Shown here: positions 16,963 through 28,007 of the stretch, piece by piece
How positions within the stretch are numbered: the stretch's first letter is position 1
Layout: every line of letters starts with the position of its first letter
DNA from: Ostreococcus lucimarinus
Lineage: Eukaryota
Assembly (NCBI GenBank): GCA_000092065.1
Contig: CP000589.1
Length of the DNA: 64,000 bases
Reading direction: 5' to 3' (one strand)
Notes under the pieces: model-generated
What the model saw: the letters and a program-made list of their open reading frames with translations, nothing else
Told to the model about the DNA's origin: nothing
The model's database searches: none
Program-made: the position numbers and the translations under genes

Positions 16963-18354
16963 TCATCGACGCGTAGCGTTCCACGACGTTTCGCCGGTCT
17001 TAGCGTTGTAGTAATATGTTTTTCCCTCTGGAGTTTGCGCCGTCATCCAATCGCTCGGTGGCGCGGAGTACGCGTCGGGGTAGTATTGCGCGCCGGGCGC
17101 CGACGTCGGGGCGTCGAACGCCGCGGAACCGGCGGCGGAGGACGGATGCGCGAAGGGCAGAGGTGGCAACGTGACGTACGATGTTCCTTGCGTAGAATGC
17201 ATCGCATCGCGCTGCTGTGGCGGCGCCGGTGATGTGTATCCTTGGACTTCGATCTGAATGTTTGACGGGTCGGCAAAGCGATGGGGCGGCGTTCGCTCTG
17301 GCGCTAACGGTCGAGAAGCGGATGGGGGTGTCGCGGCTTGCGCAAACCCTTGCCGCAATTGCTCCGTCGTTGACGCTTGCCCAGTCGAGGTCGACGTGCG
17401 CTCGCGCATGGCTTTCTGTAAAGCTTCGAGCCATTGCGATCGCTCGCGCTCGGAATCGGCGACGAGATACTTTGTCCCGATTCTCGCCGGTAGAGCGCCT
17501 TCGAGATGGATCGCGTAAGGCTTGCCAGCCGCCGCCTCTGACGCGACGGACACACTGTCGATGGATTCTATCGGGATCTCTCCTCGAGTCACCGCGCGCT
17601 CGTTCACGACGTTGGTCTTGAACCACACCAAATGTCCTTGCTTCAACACGAACCATCGCTTGCGCCACGTTCGCAACATCTCTCCTTGCTTCGTGAGCCA
17701 TCCCGAGTACTCAGGGGTCTCCCAGAATCGAATCCCCGCGGCCGAAGACGTTGCCGTCGCGCCTGATCCCACCGTCGTCGCCTTGAGATTCATCCAATCC
17801 GATCCGCTTGACACTATGGTGTCCATCGCGTCCAAACCGTTCAACTCGCACCACTGAAAAGCCGACGTCGTCAACACATCCACGAGCGCCGCGATCGTCT
17901 TTACATCTGCGCTCAACGCTAACGACGTCTCGCCTGTGCCTTCTTTCGCGTGTATGCTCAAAATCGTCGGATCCGTCATCGACCATTTCGCTATTCTCGG
18001 CAGCTCGAACGCTCGTCTGGCTTTCGTCTCGTCGCCAACCGCGAAGCACTTCACCCCATCCAGCCCGACTTGCGCGATGACGTCTTCTATGTCGTCCCCG
18101 TCGTTCACCGGAAGTGTCATGCATCGATAACGCACGTTCCCAGCGGGTGCACCGGGAATTTCTCCCGCCTGCGCGTCGCGCGGTCCGCTCGCGTCTCGCG
18201 GCGTCCCGTCGCTCCTCGCGCCGGCACCGTTCTGTCCATCGTACGCCCCTTGCATCACCGCGCTCCCGTGCGAACTCGGCGTGAGTGTCACGTACGATGT
18301 TGTCGGGTACCTCACCGGCGTCGACGCGTACGGGTCGGTGTTATACGGGTCCAT
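16963..18354 (-). CDS. PH-domain plus WW-domain protein
   Basis: PH domain (GWLTKQGEMLRTWRKRWFVLKQGHLVWFK...SQWLEALQKA) and a C-terminal WW domain (DWMTAQTPEGKTYYYNAKTGETSWN). Confidence 0.7.
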   Translation of the reverse strand: MDPYNTDPYASTPVRYPTTSYVTLTPSSHGSAVMQGAYDGQNGAGARSDGTPRDASGPRDAQAGEIPGAPAGNVRYRCMTLPVNDGDDIEDVIAQVGLDGVKCFAVGDETKARRAFELPRIAKWSMTDPTILSIHAKEGTGETSLALSADVKTIAALVDVLTTSAFQWCELNGLDAMDTIVSSGSDWMNLKATTVGSGATATSSAAGIRFWETPEYSGWLTKQGEMLRTWRKRWFVLKQGHLVWFKTNVVNERAVTRGEIPIESIDSVSVASEAAAGKPYAIHLEGALPARIGTKYLVADSERERSQWLEALQKAMRERTSTSTGQASTTEQLRQGFAQAATPPSASRPLAPERTPPHRFADPSNIQIEVQGYTSPAPPQQRDAMHSTQGTSYVTLPPLPFAHPSSAAGSAAFDAPTSAPGAQYYPDAYSAPPSDWMTAQTPEGKTYYYNAKTGETSWNATRR

Positions 18355-18830
18355 GACGAGATTGAGAATTCACAGCACGGGCCTGGTGCCGTGTGATTCG
18401 TCGCCGTTTGTCGCGCGTCCACGCGCACGAGACGCGTTCGTGCGTCGCCACGAAGGGTTTAAAGGGTTTCTGGACGCGTGAGCGCGCGCACAGCTCGCGG
18501 GCGTCGCGCGCGCGCCGATTTATGAGGCGATGAAGCTAACGACCGAGATTCTGGTGTGGTCCCTCTCTGAGGCGTGAGCGCCGCCCGCGCGAACGCGCGC
18601 AGAACGCACTTCAAATTGTCGATTTAAGTAATCAAAAAAGGGTATGTTACATGTGTGAGTGTGTCGGTGTGACTATACTAGCTATCGTGCCGTCGATCGC
18701 GAACAGAATAAGCAGAAAGCGAAGCGTCGCCGAGCTCGTCGAGCGGCGTCGCTCGTCGCGAAACGCAAATTGAGCGGAGCAATCTTGGATGCGCACAGAA
18801 TGATACTCGCGTCAGCGAATACTTAAAGAT

Positions 18831-20363
18831 TTACTCGTACACGTCAGGCGTGCTGAGCGGAATGGGTGAAGTGAACGTGGCTCGCAACGGACCGTCCTTC
18901 GCAGCGTCGTGCATGCCGCCGAAGACAGTGTTCGTCTTTCTGTCTCGCGGCGTCTTGAACTCACCACCGTGGCCGCTATCCTCGTTGAAGAGCGGTACGG
19001 GCGCTTTACCGCGAGATGACGAAGACCGAATGCTGTACTTGCCCGGACGCATGCCCGGCGTGAGCGGAGACATGAAACCGTGGGATGGCGTTGGACGAAG
19101 CGGAGACATCTGTCCGGCGCGAAGAGGAGACAACGCAGTCGCGGGAAGTGAGCTCGTAGAGAAGAAGGGCGAGAGTTGAACGCCTTCGGAAAGTAGAAGA
19201 GTTCGCAGCGGTGACTGCTCCACAGACTTGCTCAAGTTCGAGTATTCACTCGATAAGTCGTCGGTATGCTCAAACGCTCGAAGCGGCGACCCCATCACCC
19301 CCGTCAACTTGAAATCCTCTATTATGAGGTCATCTTGCAACTCCTTGGCCGCCATCGTCGTTGCAGCGACGGTCTCTCGCGAGCGCGCTTTAGATTTGGA
19401 GACTTTCGACGCCTTCGCGGCTCCACCTCGTGGAAGCGCGGGGGAAGGACCGTTGTCGTTGTTCTTGCAACCTTCGCACTTGCAGTAATCTTGGCACTTG
19501 ACGCCCGCCTGGAAGCACTCACAATACTTCTTCAAGCACGCGCTCTTTTTGCAATGGCAACCCTTGGTGTGACGCGCATCGTCGCCTGCATCAGCCATGA
19601 TTTTGCTCTCGAACGCATACGGGTTGCGCTGCTCAATCTGCTGTCTCGTCTTCGTCACGATAGCCTCGTTCTCCGTCGTGTTTTGGCACTGCTGACAAGA
19701 GCAATCCTTGCAAAAGGCGCCGGCGGCGAAGCATTCGCAGTACAACTTGAGACATTTGCTCTTCTTGCAGTTGCACTTCTTACTCGCAACGAACTCTCGG
19801 CACGCACTGGCATTCTTCATGGCACTCGCGTTAGATGCCAGACTGGAGTTCTTCGCCGTCGCGACGCCGCGCTTCGCTACGACAGCCTTGGATGCCTCCA
19901 CGCCGCCGCGCGGCGCGCGAGCGCTACGCGTGCCCACGCGAGGAGAATCCGCATCGAAGTTCTTCAGAGTCTTCGTGTAACCTTTCGTCCATTCGACGCT
20001 CGCGCCAGTCGTGCTCGAACGTTTAGACGCAGAATCCTCGTGACCGTCCCCTCGCGACGCCCCTCCTCGACGTGGATACGAGCCTTGCTCTTCGACGCCG
20101 ATGACGGAATCATCAAACTCGTCGTACATGTTTTGCAAGACGTATCGATCATCTTGAAGTGCTTGGACGTCCAACTCACCAAATTCAACATCGAGTTGCC
20201 TTCGCGCGCGCCCACCACCGCCGTTTCCTCGTTGAATCGACGCCTCCGCGCTCAGCGCCAAGCGCGCGACGTCCGAAACGCCGCCGCCGTTTGTCGCCTT
20301 TCCATCGCCATCACTGCGTCGCCGAGCGTCATCCGATGCATTCGTCAGTCTCACGCGATTCAT
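18831..20363 (-). CDS. CXC/tesmin-TSO1 (CRC) domain protein, LIN54-like
   Basis: Two CXC repeats ([30 protein letters not shown] and [31 protein letters not shown]) joined by the conserved RNPxAF linker. ATG 20363..20361 (MNRVRL); the upstream extension is GC read-through. Confidence 0.75.
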   Translation of the reverse strand: MNRVRLTNASDDARRRSDGDGKATNGGGVSDVARLALSAEASIQRGNGGGGRARRQLDVEFGELDVQALQDDRYVLQNMYDEFDDSVIGVEEQGSYPRRGGASRGDGHEDSASKRSSTTGASVEWTKGYTKTLKNFDADSPRVGTRSARAPRGGVEASKAVVAKRGVATAKNSSLASNASAMKNASACREFVASKKCNCKKSKCLKLYCECFAAGAFCKDCSCQQCQNTTENEAIVTKTRQQIEQRNPYAFESKIMADAGDDARHTKGCHCKKSACLKKYCECFQAGVKCQDYCKCEGCKNNDNGPSPALPRGGAAKASKVSKSKARSRETVAATTMAAKELQDDLIIEDFKLTGVMGSPLRAFEHTDDLSSEYSNLSKSVEQSPLRTLLLSEGVQLSPFFSTSSLPATALSPLRAGQMSPLRPTPSHGFMSPLTPGMRPGKYSIRSSSSRGKAPVPLFNEDSGHGGEFKTPRDRKTNTVFGGMHDAAKDGPLRATFTSPIPLSTPDVYE

Positions 20364-21210
20364 TTCGATCGTGTTCACCGCCAACTCGCGTCTGACCACC
20401 CTATTCGAGCGCCCTTCGCGACGTCGATTCCCCTCTCTTCTCTCGCGCGCTCGAGGCTCCCACCCGCCCGTCTCCCGGAGACGGCCACCGAAACGCGCGC
20501 AATCACCCCGCGGCCGCGCTCTCGCGCGTGGACGACTCGCGACGTACCTCATCGGTCTCGATGGAGAATTAAAGCACGGAACTTCCGGCGATCGCACGCC
20601 CACGGACGAGACGTAACGCGTCGTGCTCGCGTCGCTCAACTGCGCGCGCGACATCGCGATCGGGCTCAAACTGGATGCGCAAAAATTGAAGAATCCCGGC
20701 GACCCGAGCAACGCGGTGACCTGCGACGCGAACCGATCGACGCGTGATTTTCGTCAGTCCCCTCCGCATCGCGCGGTCCGTCGTCGCCCCTCCCTCGCGC
20801 GCGCGACGACGGTTTAAAATCATCACATCGATTTGCGCGGGAAAACTCGATTGCGCGTGTTCGCGCGCGAACACGCACGTCTTCGTCCGTCGTTTTCGCG
20901 CGTCGTTCGGGCGTTTTGCACCCATCGTCGCCCGCGACGTCGCGCGCGATTTCTTCGTCGTCGTCATCGCCGCGCGCGCTTCGTCGCGTCCGCCGCGTCG
21001 CGCGCGCGGTCGCGCCCATCGTGCGCCGCGCGGAGTGCGGCCGTCGTCCGGCCTTTGGCGTCCTCGCGTCCTCGAGCGCATCGTTAAATACGAGATTTGA
21101 TGGCGTTTTCGGACGCACGGCGCGATGGATTCGCGCGCGATCGTCGTCGTCGGACGTTCGGACGTTTCGGCGTCGGCGCGAAGGGACGCGCGCGACGCCG
21201 ACGACGACGA

Positions 21211-21251
<41 letters not shown>

Positions 21252-21464
21252 GCGTCGACGCGTCGTCCCGACCGCGCGCGTCGGCGGGCGAGCGACGGAC
21301 GACGACGACGACGACGGGACGGGCGGCGACGCGACAGCTCGGGAGAGGTTTGAATTCGAGCGGGACGCGCGAGACGCGAGGAGGGGTCGGACCGAGGCGC
21401 GCGACCGGCGAACGGGTTCGAACGGGCGAGGATCGAGGGAGAACGCGCGGTGGGATGGCTAGGG

Positions 21465-22535
21465 TTACCTATTTCTGCTCGCGGGGCGACGGGCGCGAAC
21501 GACGCGGCGACCGGGCGCGGGGTCGGCGGCGGCGCCGGCGGAGAACGCGAACGGCGTCGCGCTCGGCGCTCCGACGGTGGGGGGCTTGGAGAAAGGATTC
21601 GCGGTCGACGATGACGGTGGCGCGGCGGTGAAGGTGAAACCACCGGTCGAGGACGGTGGGTTCGACGTCGTCGTCGATTTCGCGGGCTCGGCGGCGGCGG
21701 TCGCCGCGGTCGATTTGAACTCGGCCAACGCGGCGCCCAAGCCGCCACTGTCGTTCGATTTCGGTCTATCGCTCGCGACGGTCGTCGCGTAAGACGACGG
21801 TAAGCCGAGCGCGGGCGCCCGCGTGGCTTCTAAGCGCTCTCGCTCGGCTTTGTCCTCGGCCAGTTCATCGAACTCGACCCGAGCGCGAACGTCGACGATT
21901 CGTCTTCTCCCTCCCAAGCCGCGGCGGTTCGTCGGGCCTCGTCGCGCGGGCGCCGCCACGCGCGACGACATCTTGGGCAGCGCCTTGAATCCATCTAATC
22001 TACCGCCCTTCAAAACCTTTTCCGCGACCAGAACAGGCGTCGCGCGCGCTCGCGGAGCTTGAACGCTCGCGCGCTCCGAAGTTCGCCGACGGTGCGCCGC
22101 GGGCGTCTCCGCATCCTCTTCGTCCTCTATCCCCCGCTTGCGCTTCGCGCTCGGCCAAGGCGCTAGATCTTCGTCGCCTCGTCCCGATATTTCTCCGCGC
22201 ACGACGGCGACGTCCACATCGTCGTCGTGTCGAGGTCGTTTACCGCCCGCGCCGTCGTCGTCGCCGCCGCCGTCGACGTCGCCGTTCGCGCCCTCACCGT
22301 TCGTCCCGCTCGATTCGCGCGCGCGTTTACCGCCGACGGCGTCTCTGACGAACCGCGACATCGCGCGCGACGCTTGGTTCCCGTTCGTCGCGCGCGCGAC
22401 GCCATCGGACGACGCTCGAGCGAAGGACAAACGACGCGGAACGAGCGATTTCACGCTCGACGCCGGCGAACTGCCCGCGATTTCCCCGACCGGGCCGCTC
22501 AGGTACGCCCCCAGAACGCGTCGAACGGTGTCCAT
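21465..22535 (-). CDS. Hypothetical low-complexity protein with FxF/FG-type repeats and a KRKRG NLS (nucleoporin Nup50/Nup2-like?)
   Basis: FTFTAAP, FAFSAG, NPFSKPP repeats and basic NLS-like KRPRHDDD/KRKRG. Start taken at MDTVRRVLGAYLSG. Weak identification. Confidence 0.3.
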   Translation of the reverse strand: MDTVRRVLGAYLSGPVGEIAGSSPASSVKSLVPRRLSFARASSDGVARATNGNQASRAMSRFVRDAVGGKRARESSGTNGEGANGDVDGGGDDDGAGGKRPRHDDDVDVAVVRGEISGRGDEDLAPWPSAKRKRGIEDEEDAETPAAHRRRTSERASVQAPRARATPVLVAEKVLKGGRLDGFKALPKMSSRVAAPARRGPTNRRGLGGRRRIVDVRARVEFDELAEDKAERERLEATRAPALGLPSSYATTVASDRPKSNDSGGLGAALAEFKSTAATAAAEPAKSTTTSNPPSSTGGFTFTAAPPSSSTANPFSKPPTVGAPSATPFAFSAGAAADPAPGRRVVRARRPASRNR

Positions 22536-22730
22536 GGCGCGCGCGACGCCCGCGCGCGAGCGCCGAGCGCGGGATTCTGCGGCGCGTCTCTTCGCGCCGC
22601 GGCACGGTCGACGGCGACGGCGAACGAAGGCGATACAAACGGTGAACAATGCGTAACAAAGCGAGCGAGCGAACGAGCGGGCGAACGAATAACGCGCGAC
22701 GCGACGCGACGCGCGCGCGAGATCGCGCGC

Positions 22731-23341
22731 TCACAGACCGTCGCCCTCGGCCCAACACTGGTTCAAGAATTCGACCATCTCGCGAAGCGGAATCGGCGCC
22801 TTGAACGCGCGATCGACGCAAACTCTGTCGACGCCGAGAAACGAGTCGTACGACGCGTTTCTCGGAATCTGACGCTTCGTCGCGCGATCGCGATCGACGT
22901 CGCCCTCCGCGCGCCGCCGCCGTCCCGGATTGGTCCACATCTCCCTCCGTTTCAACCACAACAACAACGCTCGATTCGTCGCGACGCCGTTGATTCGGTT
23001 GAACCGGTACGTCTTCGCGTCGATCCCAAAATCCGGTTCTCGCCCCGACCCCGACCCCGAATCATCGCTCGACCGCACCGTCGTCGCGCTTTCGCTCGCG
23101 CGTCGCCGATGGTTCCCGTTCGCGCCCCCATCCGCTCGCGCGTTCGCGTCGCCGTCGCGTCGCCGCCGCGCGCGCGTCGCCGTCGTCGTCCTCCGCCTCT
23201 GTTCGCCCGCGCCGCCGTCCTCCCGCGCGCTCGCGCCGCCGCCGAAGCACCCGCTCAGCAGCGTCGTCCATCCCGCCCCGTCGCGCGTCCCGTCGCGCGC
23301 GCGGCGCGTCGTCGCGTCGTTCGTCGTCGCGCGCCGTCGTC

Positions 23342-23376
<35 letters not shown>

Positions 23377-23459
23377 TCGCGCGTCGTCGTCGTCGTCGTC
23401 GCGCGTCGCGCGTTCGAGGCGTCGGCGACGCCGTCGCGCGCGTCCCGCGTCGACCGCAT
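22731..23459 (-). CDS. Hypothetical protein (non-repetitive C-terminal ~110 aa; D/T/R-rich low-complexity N-terminus)
   Basis: The C-terminal segment DFGIDAKTYRFNRINGVATNRALLLWLKRREMW...DRVCVDRAFKAPIPLREMVEFLNQCWAEGDGL looks like genuine protein. The N-terminal half derives from (GTC)n repeats, so the start is uncertain. Confidence 0.3.
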
Positions 23460-23627
23460 CCGTGTGACGCCGCGCGCCGTTCGCGGGAGGCGTCGCGCCG
23501 TCGCCGTCGCGAATCGAATTGTCGAATCGTCGAATGGCGTCGCGTTGAATCGTCACACCGCGACGCTCCGCGCGCGCGATCTCGCGACCCGAACGCGAGC
23601 TCGAACTCGAACTCGACCGCTCGCGCC

Positions 23628-24188
23628 ATGGTCCGCGCGTCCACGCTCGCGCTGCACCTGAACCTGGTCGAAACGATCGCGGGCGCGGAATTGGTGGCGC
23701 TCGCCAATCCGCGGTCCGCGCTTTCGGCGATCCCGCGGTTGACGAACGGCGGAGGCCTCGGGGATGGGCTGGCGCGCGCGTGCGCGCAAAACGCGGTCGT
23801 CGCGTTCGTGGTCTCGCTGTACGGCTCGCTCTTGGTGGTGAGCGGCGCGTGCGCGGCGATGAAAATTCGCGACCGGACGCTGCGCGTGGGCGAACGACAA
23901 TTCGCGGGGACGCACGCGGTCATCGCGGCGAACTGCGTGGCGTTTCGCGCGCGCGTGCCCGCGGTCTTTCCACTGGGGGCGTTGTTCCACGCCGTCGTCG
24001 CCGCGCTGTTCCATCTCGGCGACGGCTACAAGTTGCCGCTGAAGTTTCCGAGCGTGCTCGGACGCGCGAAGACGACGAGCGCGGCGGCGCGCAAGGCGGC
24101 GAAGAAGCCATCCAAGAAGTCTTCGTCGAACAAGGCGAAGCGAGCGCCGGCCAAGCGCGCGTCGTCGAGCAGAAAGAGCCGGCGTTGA
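23628..24188 (+). CDS. Small membrane protein with a lysine-rich (histone H1-like) C-terminal tail
   Basis: ATG at 23628 (MVRASTLALHL). Three or four hydrophobic segments (VVAFVVSLYGSLLVVSGACAAM; VPAVFPLGALFHAVVAALFHL), then AAARKAAKKPSKKSSSNKAKRAPAKRASSSRKSRR. The longer 22227.. ORF is GC read-through. Confidence 0.45.
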   Translation: MVRASTLALHLNLVETIAGAELVALANPRSALSAIPRLTNGGGLGDGLARACAQNAVVAFVVSLYGSLLVVSGACAAMKIRDRTLRVGERQFAGTHAVIAANCVAFRARVPAVFPLGALFHAVVAALFHLGDGYKLPLKFPSVLGRAKTTSAAARKAAKKPSKKSSSNKAKRAPAKRASSSRKSRR

Positions 24189-24300
24189 TCGAAAGTCGAT
24201 CGCAAGTCGATCGATCGTCGACGCCCGTCGTCGCGACGACCGGCGGCGCGCGGCGACGGTCGCTCGCCCGGGCATCGACACATATTTAACAGGTTTCTGG

Positions 24301-24314
24301 GCTATATAATAACA
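24301..24314 (+). promoter_or_regulatory. Candidate TATA box (CTATATAATAAC) ~120 nt upstream of the plastocyanin ATG
   Basis: The only strongly AT-rich stretch (24290..24350) in the short intergenic region between 24188 and 24433; canonical TATAWAW. Confidence 0.3.
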
Positions 24315-24432
24315 CATAAAAACTAATATACACCAATAACTCAATGCGCATACCCGAAGAACGGACCGAAAATCGCTCGCCCCGGACGCTCCTTGCGCGC
24401 GTCGTCGTCACACCCACGCGCTCGACATCGTC

Positions 24433-24912
24433 ATGTCTGCCTTCACCACCTCCTTCACCGGCGTTCGCGTCGTCTCCAAGACCACGGTCGCGAAGAAGAC
24501 CGTCTCCACCAAGGCGTGCGCGTCCATGGACTTCAAGAAGGTGCGTCGCGAATTCGCACGCGCGCCGAATTCGCGCCCTCGATCGCCGTTCGCGGGCGAC
24601 GCGCGGATCGATCCGGCGTCGCGAACGCGCCGGTCGAGCGCGCGTCGTCGCGCGTCTGCGCGCGCGCGTCCGCGATCGAGAATCTTCGAATTTCGCCTCG
24701 CGCGCGCGACGGACGCGCGCGCGACGAACGCGATCGCGCGCGCGACCGACGACGCGTCGATCGCCGACTGACGATGACGCGACCTAATTTCCGACGCGCG
24801 CAGGCTGCGGTCGTCGCCGCGACGACGCTCGCGATGTCCTCCCCGGCGTTCGCGGCGACCATCAAGCTCGGCGGTGATAACGGCGAGCTCGGTTTCTACG
24901 TGCGTGACCCGA

Positions 24913-24948
<36 letters not shown>

Positions 24949-25342
24949 CGCGACGGACCCCCCCGAGCGAACCTCTAGATACGGTTAGCGCTCGACGACC
25001 AATCCTGACTCGAGGGGACCCGGCGCGGGTGGATGACGAGGACGACGAACGAGCGCGAAGACTGACGGACGCGCGCGATTTCCCGATGAATAGCCGCCGT
25101 CCATCACGGTCAAGGCTGGTGAAACGATTGAATTCGTCAACAACAAGGCGTTCCCGCACAACGTCGTCTTCGACGAAGACAACGTGCCGGCGGGCGTCAA
25201 CGTCGACGCCATCTCGCACGAAGACTACTTGAACGGCCCGGGCGAGAAGGTGACGAACAAGTTCGACACCCCGGGTACGTACGGCTACTACTGCGAACCG
25301 CACCAAGGTGCGGGCATGGCGGGTAAGATCATCGTCCAATAA
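24433..25342 (+). CDS. PETE: Plastocyanin precursor, three exons: 24433..24540, 24804..24899, 25094..25342 (stop included)
   Basis: Exon 1 is the transit peptide ([36 protein letters not shown]). Exon 2 is [32 protein letters not shown]. Exon 3 is [82 protein letters not shown], with the type I copper ligands H, C, H, M. Both introns start GTGCGT, end AG, and have ACTGACG 30-37 nt upstream of the AG. All junctions are phase 0. Confidence 0.85.
24541..24803 (+). other. Plastocyanin intron 1 (263 nt; GTGCGT...ACTGACG...CAG)
   Basis: Required to join the exon frames. Shares the 16-mer TCGATCGCCGACTGAC with the LHC intron. Confidence 0.75.
24900..25093 (+). other. Plastocyanin intron 2 (194 nt; GTGCGTG...GACTGACGG...TAG)
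   Basis: Required to join exons 2 and 3. Contains a (GACGCGAC)5 internal repeat. Confidence 0.75.
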
Positions 25343-25575
25343 ATTGGCCAGCTATGATGGTTTGAAACGCGCGAACGACGCGGTTTCGGCGCGGTTTGGT
25401 TAAATGGCGCCGAGGGCGCGCGCTCGCGCGTCGTCGGTACTACGGCGCGCGTCGCTCTTTCGTTCGACCGCGCACACAAGAGTGTCTTTAATAAACGATG
25501 AATTAATTTCAAGTTCAATGTTTTCGCAAGCTCGCACGATGCGCGCGCTCGCGTGCCTAAATACATCTACATCAA

Positions 25576-27945
25576 CTACGCCTCGACGCGAGCAAAATTT
25601 GTCGAACCGGCGTGCGGGTCGGCGTCGACAAACTTTAGCGTCAGCGTCTCCCCCAACACCGCGCCGCGATCGAGCTTCACCACAGTTTCGTAGCCAAGGT
25701 CGTCGAAGATGACCAAAACTAAATCGTCGCCGCGAATAAACTTGACCACCGTCGCCGTCCAACGCGCGTCCGCGGGCTGGGCGTCAAAGTACGCCGAAGC
25801 CCAATACTTTGACGTCTCGCGTTGAGAGCGAATCGCGCCACCAACGGTGGTACCGACGTCTTCGATGACGTTTTCCATCGATTGTTCGTCGAATGGAAGC
25901 GGTTCGCCTCGTAAGTACGCCTTGATTTGATGATGCGCCAAGACGTCGGCGTACCTGCGAATCGGCGACGTAAACTGCACGTACGCGCTCAAGCCGAGAC
26001 CGGAGTGCGGACGGGGCGTAGCGCCACTCGTCGATGACGTCATGCACGAACGCATAGCCATATCCTGACATATCCCTTCGGGGATTCCATCCCACTCGTC
26101 GTCGGACATCAAGCGCGGCTCGCCCTGACCTCGGAAAGGAAGCGGGATATTTTCTCTCACGCCAAAGCGCGCGACGACGTCGCCGACGAGAACCATGAGC
26201 TCGGAGACGAGCATGCGCGCCGGCGTGTGACCATTGATTTTTGACATTGTTATAGCGACGTCGCCGTCGCCTCCGCGCGCGGTGGCTCCTCGCACGTTGA
26301 CTGAATTCTCGGGAAGAATGATGGTCACCGAACCGTCTTCGGCGCGACGCTCGTCTCGCGCGCTCGCCACCTTGTACAACAATCGAAGTCCTTCATCGCA
26401 CGTCGCGCTGTCGAGTTCGACGTCGACTTCATCGTACGTCCAACGTCGATCGAGCTTTACGAAACTCGGCATAATTTCAAAATCCATGATGTTACCCTCG
26501 CGATCGATGTCGGCGCGAACCGTCATCGCCTCGCTCGCGACGTCTGACCTCGAGCCCAAAGACATCGGACCCGCGGCGATTTCCAGAGGAAACATCGGGA
26601 CGATCTCCGTGGGGTAATACAGCGTCGTCGCGCGCTGACGCGCGATGGCGTCCAGCGGCGACCCGAGAGGGATCCATCGCGTCGGATCGGCGATGTGCAC
26701 CCACACTCGAATCTGTCCGTCGTCGCCCAGCGCCTCGGCGCTCACCGCGTCGTCCACCTCAACCGTTTCAGCGTCGTCGATGGCGTACGCTCTTAGGTAA
26801 GTTAAATCCACGCGCGACGCGGCGTCGGCGTCGACTGGTTCATTAGACAACACCTCCGCGCACGCTTTTGCGGTACCTTCGGGGAAATCAATCTGCACCC
26901 CATACTTGCGCACGGATAAATTTTCGTGTCGGCTCCACGTGCCGGTTGAAATCAACGTCTTCAACGCGCCCTCGGATGAGCGCGTGAACCCTAGTTTGCC
27001 GAGTAAATCGTCCGCCATCGCCTTCTCTCCGGCGGAATGGAATTTCTCGCCGAGCGCGTACGCTTCCAGCGCCTCTAATCGACGAACGCGCGCGTCGTTA
27101 TCCTCGTCGCTCGGTCTCCATAGCGCGTCGCGATCGGGCTTTACTCCCGCGGGCGCCGCGGCGGCGGCTTTGATCTCATCCAAAAACGCTTCTTCCACCT
27201 TTGCTGCGCGAGATTCAGCTTCTGCTTTACGCTTAAGCGCGTCTATTTGATCCGCCGCGCGCGATTCGTACGTCCCTTTCGCCTTCAGTTTGAAATAAAT
27301 ACCCCCCATCGGCGAGCTCAACAGACGATGCGCGGCGAATTCCCTCGCGCCCGCGGGCGCGTTCGCGTCGTCTTCAAACATCAACTCGCTCACGTACGTC
27401 GCATCGCACACCTCCCCACTCTCTAACCCAAACTCATCGATCAGTTCCCACGCCCCTCGCAATAACGCATCCGCCTTCGCGCTCTCCGCCGCGTCTCGCG
27501 CGAAGCGTTCCATCGCTTCGCAGTCGCACTTCGCGCCAAAGTTAAAATCAATCGCCTTCGCGTTCACCTTGACGCTTTCGCGTCCCGGCATCTCTCGCAC
27601 CACCACTCCCGTTTTCCCGTCTCGTCGCTCCACCGTCCCGATTCGCACCTCCCCGCGCCTCGAGTACGCCACGCCGTCGCCCGCCTCGACGTCGCCGCTC
27701 GCCGCGCGCGCCGCCGCGCGCGTCCCGCGTCCCCGCCCTCCCTCCGCGCGCGCCGACGCCCGCGTCGCGCGCGTCGTCGTCGCCGTTCGTCGTCGTCGCG
27801 CCGCCGTCGCGCGTCGTCGCCCGTCGCTCGCGTCCGCGCGCGCGCGCGACGCGCTCGCGGCGCCGAGCGCGCGGTCGACGCTCGCGCGCATCGCGAGCGC
27901 GCGTCGAGCGCCGATCTCGAGCGCGCGTCGCGACGCGCGGCGCAT
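25576..27945 (-). CDS. RNase II/RNase R family 3'-5' exoribonuclease (RNB domain), organelle-targeted (RNR1-like)
   Basis: RNB catalytic region (LRAYAIDDAETVEVDDAVSAE...IRVWVHIADPTRW...ATTLYYPTEIVPMFP) and a C-terminal S1-like region; R/A-rich presequence. Confidence 0.8.
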   Translation of the reverse strand: MRRASRRALEIGARRALAMRASVDRALGAASASRARADASDGRRRATAARRRRTATTTRATRASARAEGGRGRGTRAAARAASGDVEAGDGVAYSRRGEVRIGTVERRDGKTGVVVREMPGRESVKVNAKAIDFNFGAKCDCEAMERFARDAAESAKADALLRGAWELIDEFGLESGEVCDATYVSELMFEDDANAPAGAREFAAHRLLSSPMGGIYFKLKAKGTYESRAADQIDALKRKAEAESRAAKVEEAFLDEIKAAAAAPAGVKPDRDALWRPSDEDNDARVRRLEALEAYALGEKFHSAGEKAMADDLLGKLGFTRSSEGALKTLISTGTWSRHENLSVRKYGVQIDFPEGTAKACAEVLSNEPVDADAASRVDLTYLRAYAIDDAETVEVDDAVSAEALGDDGQIRVWVHIADPTRWIPLGSPLDAIARQRATTLYYPTEIVPMFPLEIAAGPMSLGSRSDVASEAMTVRADIDREGNIMDFEIMPSFVKLDRRWTYDEVDVELDSATCDEGLRLLYKVASARDERRAEDGSVTIILPENSVNVRGATARGGDGDVAITMSKINGHTPARMLVSELMVLVGDVVARFGVRENIPLPFRGQGEPRLMSDDEWDGIPEGICQDMAMRSCMTSSTSGATPRPHSGLGLSAYVQFTSPIRRYADVLAHHQIKAYLRGEPLPFDEQSMENVIEDVGTTVGGAIRSQRETSKYWASAYFDAQPADARWTATVVKFIRGDDLVLVIFDDLGYETVVKLDRGAVLGETLTLKFVDADPHAGSTNFARVEA

Positions 27946-28007
27946 TCTGAGGCGTCGCGCGTCGTCGCGTCGTCACGTCGCGACGCGCCGATTCGTTCGG
28001 CTTCGCC

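Noticed and set aside
18355-18830. AT-rich stretch between the PH/WW gene and the CXC gene as a possible ncRNA or tRNA locus
   Set aside because: No cloverleaf-compatible or conserved RNA motif was recognisable by eye. It is more simply the 3' UTR of the CXC gene plus the promoter of the PH/WW gene.
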